A stretch of DNA of 64,000 nt from Octopus vulgaris (lineage: Eukaryota), in contig OX597836.1 in the NCBI GenBank assembly GCA_951406725.2, positions 24,180,001 through 24,244,000 on the forward strand, given 5' to 3'. Made by a program: the position numbers and the translations under genes. The notes under the pieces are model-generated. The model did no database searches and was not told the origin of the DNA. It worked only from the letters and a program-made list of their open reading frames with translations. Of the stretch, positions 55,986 to 64,000 are shown piece by piece. The first letter of the stretch is position 1, and each line of letters begins with the position of its first letter.

Positions 55986-55993
<8 letters not shown>
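55740..55993 (+). mobile_element. PLE-type terminal fragment ending in (TA)n
   Basis: Pyrimidine-rich segment containing a minimal hammerhead, with its 3' end joined directly to (TA)n. Confidence 0.7.
55856..55890 (+). ncRNA. Minimal type I hammerhead with a U4C core change
   Basis: GUUU-CCGACGA-A-GAGC-UCC-GCUC-GAAAC-GUU-AAAC. Stem I is 4 bp, stem II is 4 bp, stem III is the palindrome ACGU. Confidence 0.78.
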
Positions 55994-56038
<45 letters not shown>

Positions 56039-56633
56039 CACACACACGCATAAGTATACAGACAAGGAAATCCAAACACACGTAATAAAGCACATCTTTA
56101 GTGGGCACGATCAGGCATAAATGTGTGATGATGAAGATAAATAGGCATGAAAATGGAGGGTAGCGTGGTTTTGATGTTGATATGCGATGTAGAAATACCA
56201 GATATGTGATGTAGAAATACCAGAAATTACAGTGTCTATTTAACATTCGTTTACCTATGTTTGAGATGCAGCCGCCATTGCTGTACATTAGCTTTTAATG
56301 AGCTCCCGAGTGAACCAACTTCTTGTACGCGTTCGTGGGACTCGCTAGATATAGCAGCCAAATCTCAGTCAAATTATATTCTACAGTCTTAAAAGAAGCA
56401 AGCGTTTCATAATATATATCTAAATGCCTTTCGGTAGAGGAAATAATGAAGGCTAGCATGTTTTTGATTACAAGTTTGCACGGCTATTCTGTGATAATCT
56501 GAAGCCAGTCAACAGCAATTAGAATTAAATCCACTTCCAGGGAGAGAGAATCCAAGATTTTGATGCTGTACTGTAATACCGCTTTCATCCTTATTAATCA
56601 ATGACACCTTTACAGCATATACATGCGTACATA

Positions 56634-56674
<41 letters not shown>

Positions 56675-56789
56675 ATGTGTGTGTGTGTATGTATATATAT
56701 ATATATATATAATGAGAGAGAGAAAAAAAGAGACAGACAGAAAGATAGTTAGCTAGCTAGATAGATATAGAGATGGACAGAGATATCTA

Positions 56790-56887
<98 letters not shown>

Positions 56888-57013
56888 CATGCAAATACAT
56901 ACGTGTTACACGTATGTATTTACATCTATATGTATATATATATATAGACACGCACATACATATACATACATACACATACCTACATACAGACATACATGCA
57001 TACACATACATTC

Positions 57014-57056
<43 letters not shown>

Positions 57057-57138
57057 AACAGACAGATAGATAGACAACAGACAGACAGACAGATAGACAG
57101 ACAGACAGACAGACAGATAGACAGACAGACAGACAGAC

Positions 57139-57206
<68 letters not shown>

Positions 57207-57274
57207 TGACAAGTGGAGAGAGTATTGTTGTTTTTTCTAGTTACTGATCTCACTGTTTGCAGCATTGATTCCTT

Positions 57275-57510
57275 TCAGGCTTGTTCATTGGCAGAAATGG
57301 TAAAGAGAAGTGGTAAAAAGTATGTGACATAATGCATTGTGGTATTTAGTTAAGTCTGTTTACGTTCCACGTTCAGATACGACCGGGATCGAAATTTCTT
57401 CTTCCGCCTTCGACTAAAGAACTCCAGGTTAAGTACTGGGCTGACTCTATTTGACTATACCTCTCTTTATGCCATATATATGGCCTAATGCCACTTACAA
57501 ATCGATATTA
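57275..57510 (+). mobile_element. Old degenerate family A-like SINE
   Basis: TTGGCAGAAATGGTA...TTTACGTTCCACGTTCAGAT...AAGTACTGGG. Confidence 0.55.
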
Positions 57511-57650
57511 ATTTCATTGTTTAAATACTAAATGCAATACACCTATATTTCACAGGAAGTAAATAGAAATTCACAACTTTCATGTTCTGAAAAGAATTAA
57601 TAGCATTCATTAAACGAAAGTAGAGTTCACCATTCCTGGGGTTCACTCAC

Positions 57651-57720
57651 TCCGGCAGGAAGGGCGCCGCTGTCAGTTTCAAAAATTATACAAAATAGTT
57701 ACTTCGCAAGACACCGCTTG
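57651..57720 (-). other. Candidate 70-nt non-coding exon
   Basis: Minus strand: gatattttttacag|CAAGCGG...CTGCCGGA|gtgagt. Unique sequence with stops in all frames. Confidence 0.45.
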
Positions 57721-58260
57721 CTGTAAAAAATATCAACTTCGAATTCTGATAAATCTACTGACACCTGTCCTGCTTTATTTTCAGTTTGATGTTTAAATGG
57801 GCAATAATGCTTGACACATAGTAACATTCATATTCAGCTAGTATCTCTGTCTGCTAAGAGTGAATCCAGTAAAGCTATTTTTTCTTATGCTTTCATGATT
57901 AATTAAAACATAAGGGTCATTTCACATGCAAAACCATCTCCAAAATAACCGCATCCCTAATATCACCCATACAACCCACACCACCAACACAAACAGCAAT
58001 ATATCTTATAGAAAGAGGAGAGGAAAAGGGCACTGATGCAGAACAATAATGATAGTAGATTGCTATCAGTGTTAGACCGAGAACATTTTCTTTATTAGTA
58101 TAGACAAGTGTGGCAATCAAGATATCCCTGTACAAAATTGGAAATATTCATGTTAATTTAACTGTACCAATGGTTAAGTTCCTTTTTCCATGTTGGCCTA
58201 CATAGCCCAATGCTGAACCTCTTGCTTTATACACTACGTTTGGTTTCGACGTATGTGTAA

Positions 58261-58340
<80 letters not shown>

Positions 58341-58495
58341 TATGCATGTTTACATGCATGTATCCATGCTTATATATGTATGTTTATATATATGTATATG
58401 TATATATATAATAAAATATTAGGGAATAAATCCAAACTTACAGGGAAAAATCAGATTTAGGATTGAATCCAATTTTATAGTAAAATATTATATTA

Positions 58496-58738
58496 TATTA
58501 AATTAGAGATAAAACCACTATTAGGCAAATCATACAATGAAAAACTTAAGCCAATACATAAGATTAATTAATTTATATTATTTAAATATATATCAAAATT
58601 ATATTAAAAAAAATTAATTAATTATCTTTTTTAATAATTTTGATATATATTTAAATAATATAAATGAATTAATCTTATGTATTGGCTTAAGTTTTTCATT
58701 GTATGATTTGCCTAATAGTCGTTTTATCTCTAATTTAA

Positions 58739-58742
<4 letters not shown>
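58496..58742. repeat. AT-rich fold-back palindrome within a (TA)n-embedded insert
   Basis: TATTAAATTAGAGATAAAAC...AAGCCAATACATAAG / CTTATGTATTGGCTT...GTTTTATCTCTAATTTAATA. Confidence 0.92.
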
Positions 58743-58790
<48 letters not shown>

Positions 58791-58845
58791 CATACATACA
58801 TACATATATGTATGTATGTTTATATATATATATTTATATATATAC

Positions 58846-58907
<62 letters not shown>

Positions 58908-59149
58908 GTATATGTATATGCGTGTGTGTTTGGGTGTGCGTGTATTGTTTGAATGTGTGTATTTATAAGCATTATATGCGTGTATTTCTGAACGATTATT
59001 ATTATGAATGTTTTTCCTTTCAATTTTGTTTCCATTTGTTGCAAAGTATCCTCCCGACACCAAGGATAAAGAAGCTCACTGTATATCTTGATGGATGGGG
59101 CATTAAAATAAACACACTGCACTGCATTGTTCAATTACAAAATAAAATA

Positions 59150-60690
59150 AAGTTATGGAGACAATATTATTTCCATTATCTTTTTAATGCGTGTGCCAAA
59201 GCAGCTAAAACAATCTTTTGCACTCTTGCAGGGACGGTCACCGAGGGATCATTCTCAAATGATTTTCAGTTTTTTTATCACTCTCTGTGCTTCCGCAATT
59301 ACTGGTATTTTAACCGCCTTGAGACGCTGTATTTTTTCAATTTCAATGAGCAAATCTATATTTTCTGGCCTTGTCAAATTCTTTTGCCGGGATATATGAT
59401 CACTATTATGTTTGCCTTTAAGAACACCATCCAGCTTATTAGCTTTGATGGTTTTCTATGTATATACAGGAAAGTCCCAAGGAACCGTTACATTCTCTCC
59501 CTCAGTTACTGTCTCAGCATGATGCTTATGGACACTTGTGGACAGTAATGATTTTATAATACCGACATATTAAGCATTATAGGTGTTGACCAACTCTACT
59601 GGTGTTAAAACTTTATATTTAGAGATTAGGTGGTTCACCATTTATTAGCTTTAATAGTTTTGTATGTATGTATGTACTCGAAAGTTCCAAAAGAATCGTT
59701 ACGTTTTCTCCCTCAGTTATAGCCTCAGGGTGATGCTTATATTATTTGTTTTGATTTTTTAATGTCGACATATTAACCAGTGTATATATTGGCCATCTCT
59801 GTTGTATCTTGATTTATCCTCTACTGATGCTAAAGCTTTACATCCTGAAACTAAGTGGTCCACTGTTTCAATTTTATCATTGCTAAATCAGCACTTTGGA
59901 TCTACTTCATTTTTATCATATTGGCTTGGTAGTGCCGAGTCAATAATCTTTGAACTTGATCAACTACCATGAAGCCTTTGATTTCTGCCTTTGACTCTAC
60001 TCTTCGTAGCCACTGATGAATGTGCTGTTTACTACGCTCCACATATTTGCCATGAAGAGGTTTCTGCTTCTATCAACCAGCAAATTGTTCATGCGCATTT
60101 TTCGTTGCCATCAATTTTACTTGCTTTGCAATGACAGTTGCCACAGTTCATTCTGGCTATTCAGCCTGGGTATCATTCATGAAATCAATAGCAAATATTT
60201 TACCCTCCTTCAAAACGGAACGAAACTTCTTACGCTTCTCTTGACTTGCAACGAGTTTTAGCATCCTGTCGTTAATTGTTTTAAGATATTTTGCCAGTCC
60301 AGTTGAAGAGCTTTTGTAAGAAAGTTCCAATTGGATCAAGCCTCGATCTCCTTAGGCCCTGGGAAGGTAAAGACGATCCACGTCTGCCTTTGGGTTGGGT
60401 ATTTTATTTCAAATCAACAGCTTATGGATTTTTCAACTAATTTTCTTTATTTTACTGATATTCCAGTTCAGCACATGGAAGCTAAAAATAACAACTGGAA
60501 CTGCTAAAGAATTTATGACTGACACCTTATTATGTGCATTTAGCTGCCCAAACTTTCCTATAACATTCCTTCCTGATCTACTCTTTCATGTATGCATGCT
60601 GAATGCCAGAGCCTTAATTTATTCTTAGGTATTTGGTAGGTCTGTTCCTGCTCAAGTTCTTTCATAGCGATTATTTCGTTGTTAATCTAG
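59150..60690 (-). mobile_element. R4/Dong-like LINE (RT C-terminus, zinc knuckle, RLE), decayed
   Basis: NKVSVINSLAVPVVIFSF, PKADVDRLYLPRA*GDRGLIQLE, HQWLRRVESKAEIKGF and TVDHLVSGC. The zinc-knuckle region occurs twice (~59470-59640 and ~59680-59870). Confidence 0.88.
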
Positions 60691-61100
60691 TTTATTATGG
60701 CAGTATTTTGAGGGTTATGAATATTTTGTATTTGTGGAAGGACTTAGTGCAATTTTTCTCTAATGGTAGCCTACTGCGTAGAATAAAAGAATGGATAGAA
60801 TCGATTGATTAGAGAGGGATAGCAAGGTCAATAACATAGGGAGTCGAGATCAAAATGTAAAAGGAGGTAATTGAAATATTACATGATATTTTCCCCATTG
60901 ATCATTTTCTACAAGGACGAAATGAGCAAACATTAGAAGGGTACACTAGAGAAAGATTGGCATTGATACAGAATCAAGTATGAAAAAACAAGTATCAAAG
61001 GCAACGGTATAAAGAAAAGAATGTGAACCTTCTCAGTAGGGTGACCTCTCCCCACTGTGTTCTCCGCCCGCCAGGTGCATGCTCAGAATACAGCCACTTA

Positions 61101-61192
61101 GTCCTCCGCCAAAATATGTAATTTTGTGCTCTAAATGAAATAATAATTATTATTTCATTTAGAGCACAAAATTGCATATTTTGGCGGAGGGC
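61101..61192. repeat. 92-bp near-perfect loopless palindrome
   Basis: GTCCTCCGCCAAAATATG...AATAATAATTATTATT...CATATTTTGGCGGAGGGC. Confidence 0.95.
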
Positions 61193-62244
61193 AATTAGTT
61201 AAACCAACACAGCGACTGGTTATTTTAGTAATCACAGATAGATTTTAATACTCTTTTGATTGTTCCACTGGCGGCCCAAATAATTAATAACCCTATTAAG
61301 GATGATAATAATGATAATTTTTAAGAAAGGTAACATTGAAATCAACTGAATATTTAAGAATGCCGGAGAAAAAAAAAAGCTGCAATTCCCGAGAAATTAT
61401 TCGTGAAACAAAAAACAAAACTAAAAAAACAAACGATTATAAAAGAAGAAAACAACGACGATAATAATCTAATGTTCATGTAGCTGAAATGAAAACCGAG
61501 GAGCAATGAGAAAAGCATCTGAGAAGTAGAAAGCTGGCCTTGTTTTTCAAGTGTCGGCAATAATGGAGTTTCAATAGAGCTCTGAAACAAAATAGACACC
61601 AGAGGGAACCCTCTAATGACATGAACATAGCTATCAGATTTCTTAGTAGAATGTGCACCGTCCAATGATACTCGGTACATGACATCACTCTATTATCATT
61701 ATTATTAAACCCCCGCTGTTTTTCGTAATTTTTCTTTTCAATGTCCTCTATTTGTTACCCCTGTGGCAAATAAAGAAATCATAACCAGTAACACAATCAC
61801 CATCCTCCCCCAACTCCTCCTCCTCCTCATCATCATCATCATCATCATCGTTATCATCATCATCATCATCATCATGTTGATATTGTTATTGTTGTTGTTA
61901 TCGCCGCAGTTGTGATCGCTGTTCTGTAGCCATAGCAGTTGTTTTTAGATGTTACGTTTACAATGGTTTTAGCTCTTCTTGCTGGATGACATCGTGTCAC
62001 TCCTATCACGGATCGATGACATAGCTGTTTTTTCCAATACTTCACTACAAACTTCGATGATTCGTTTGTTATTAGGTTAGATATAAACAGTGTCGTTGTT
62101 ATTAAATAAATGCAAAACAACATAAAGAATATTTGTGGAACATTCCATACAAAGCTGTCACCAAGTGCCAAAATAACAGACCTGATACATATACTTGGTG
62201 GGGGTGGGGAGGAAATAAAGTCATAAATATTAACTGCCTCTAAA

Positions 62245-62267
62245 AAGTTTAACTGACAATCTCGAAA

Positions 62268-62324
<57 letters not shown>

Positions 62325-62350
62325 CATTTTCGAGATTGTCAGTTAAACTT
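62245..62350. repeat. 27-bp perfect inverted repeat enclosing (TA)n
   Basis: AAGTTTAACTGACAATCTCGAAAATGT-(TA)n-ACATTTTCGAGATTGTCAGTTAAACTT. Confidence 0.95.
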
Positions 62351-62801
62351 ATATATATCACTCTTAAATACTATCGGTGTTGAAATGAATTTCTTAAACC
62401 AGTAATCTTTCGGTTCAATGAGGATTAACGAAAGAAAATGTTTTTCGTTAGGAGAGATAGTAATAAAGTCTAATGATTAATAATGATTTCGCACAAACAG
62501 CACAACGCAACTCGTTCTTGTAGTCATATAATCGCTTGTCTTAAACATACTATGGAACTGGTCGTTTTTCTATTCACCCCTATAATTATTTGATCGAGGG
62601 ACTGCTGACTGTCAACTGAGCAATATTACATTTATGCATTTAAAACATTCTTTACTGCTCTCCCTTCTCTCGTAGAATAGCTGCTGGTGGAAAGAAAGAA
62701 AGAAAAAAGAACATTATTGACATCAGTCTCACTGGTCAAGGAGGGGCTGCAAACTATACGCATGTATGTGTGCATGTATGCATGCTCGTATTTATGTCTA
62801 T

Positions 62802-62873
<72 letters not shown>

Positions 62874-64000
62874 GTATATATATATGTATATATTTCATCC
62901 TGATGTTCAGCACGTGATTTTAAACTCAAATGCCACATCAAATATTAATGAAAACAAAAGCCAACTTCCTCCTCGCCCTTCCCATCATCATAATCATCAT
63001 CGTCATCGCCACTACCACCACTATTTTTCTAGCATTTCATTGTTACTCATATTTTACTACAATCGTTATTGTTGATTCTAATTTTCTAGCTTACGTAGGC
63101 AGAAAACCATTATAGACTTTTTTAGTGTACTGCAGTGTAGTGTAGTTGTGCAATATCGTGCAGAGGTGGAAGGTAGAGCAGAAACGTAACGAAATTATGT
63201 AAGAGTAAAGCATTGAAAGATCGAGTGTATCAGTACAGGGTTCTGTAGTGGTGTGTAATGGAACAATTGGAATGCTTCCAATATTTCTATATTTCAAGTT
63301 GATGTTAGTTTGAAGTCAGTAATTTAATGTAACACTTCTTTATTAAAATTTTCTATTCCATACTTCCACAGAATTTCAGTCCCTCCGTCTGGCACCATGT
63401 AGAATGACTTGATGTGGATCAAACCATTGACGTTTCATTCGGAACAAGATTCAATCGATTGGCGATGTCCGTATCATCTGTCTGATTTAATTAGTCAGTT
63501 ATTATTCTGCTAATATCAATCGATAGATTTTGACTTCAGATAAATCAATAAGCCATTATGAAACGCTTCCTAACTTTCATGCCTTTGAAAATGGTACAGC
63601 AGCAATATCAATGGAATCATATAAGCAACACTGGGAATTGAAACTGGGTCGCGCACTCAACTCGCTTGTTTCCTCTCTACGATAGTCGCCATACTGGGAC
63701 AGTAAACTTAGTTCTTCTTGGGATTGTCTGTAAAGGGAGCGGTTATTCATATTCATAATTCTCGAACGACTACCAGAAGCAAGAATTTAATGAGAATAAC
63801 AGGAATAAATTCTAAACATATTTTCTTGATTTTTAACAGCACACCCCCACCATCAACATCGGCGTCTAAAAAACAAATAGAGAAAATATTCATGTATAAC
63901 AGTTTGCCAAACTTTACTCGACAGAATGAGAAGCTTAGAAGAAAGTAAGCATCTTGAAATTTGCTTCAGCATGTCGGCATTTAATTTAACAGTGAAATAT

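Noticed and set aside
61035-61100. GC-rich patch upstream of the R4-like element as an HDV-like ribozyme
   Set aside because: I could not build the nested double pseudoknot by eye.

Overview
Eukaryotic, strongly AT-rich, microsatellite-saturated intronic or intergenic DNA. The tRNA-derived SINE families resemble those of octopus, so the source is probably a coleoid cephalopod (inference). There is no intact protein-coding gene, and nearly all listed ORFs are translated microsatellites. Decayed transposons include Tc1 (DD36E spacing), mariner, Helitron, Penelope-like elements (PLEs, RT + GIY-YIG), R4/Dong-type and CR1-like LINEs, and many SINEs. Three patterns stand out. (1) Several unrelated type I hammerhead ribozyme motifs; one is the 3' part of an element with a tRNA-like Pol III head, a candidate PLE-mobilised ribozyme-SINE. 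(2) About ten fold-back palindromes, mostly next to (TA)n tracts and often overlapping those hammerheads. (3) Four small minus-strand candidate exons with good splice signals. One is a 10-nt microexon whose 3' splice site is buried in a hairpin while its 5' splice site sits in the loop. All calls were made by eye; boundaries of decayed elements are approximate.
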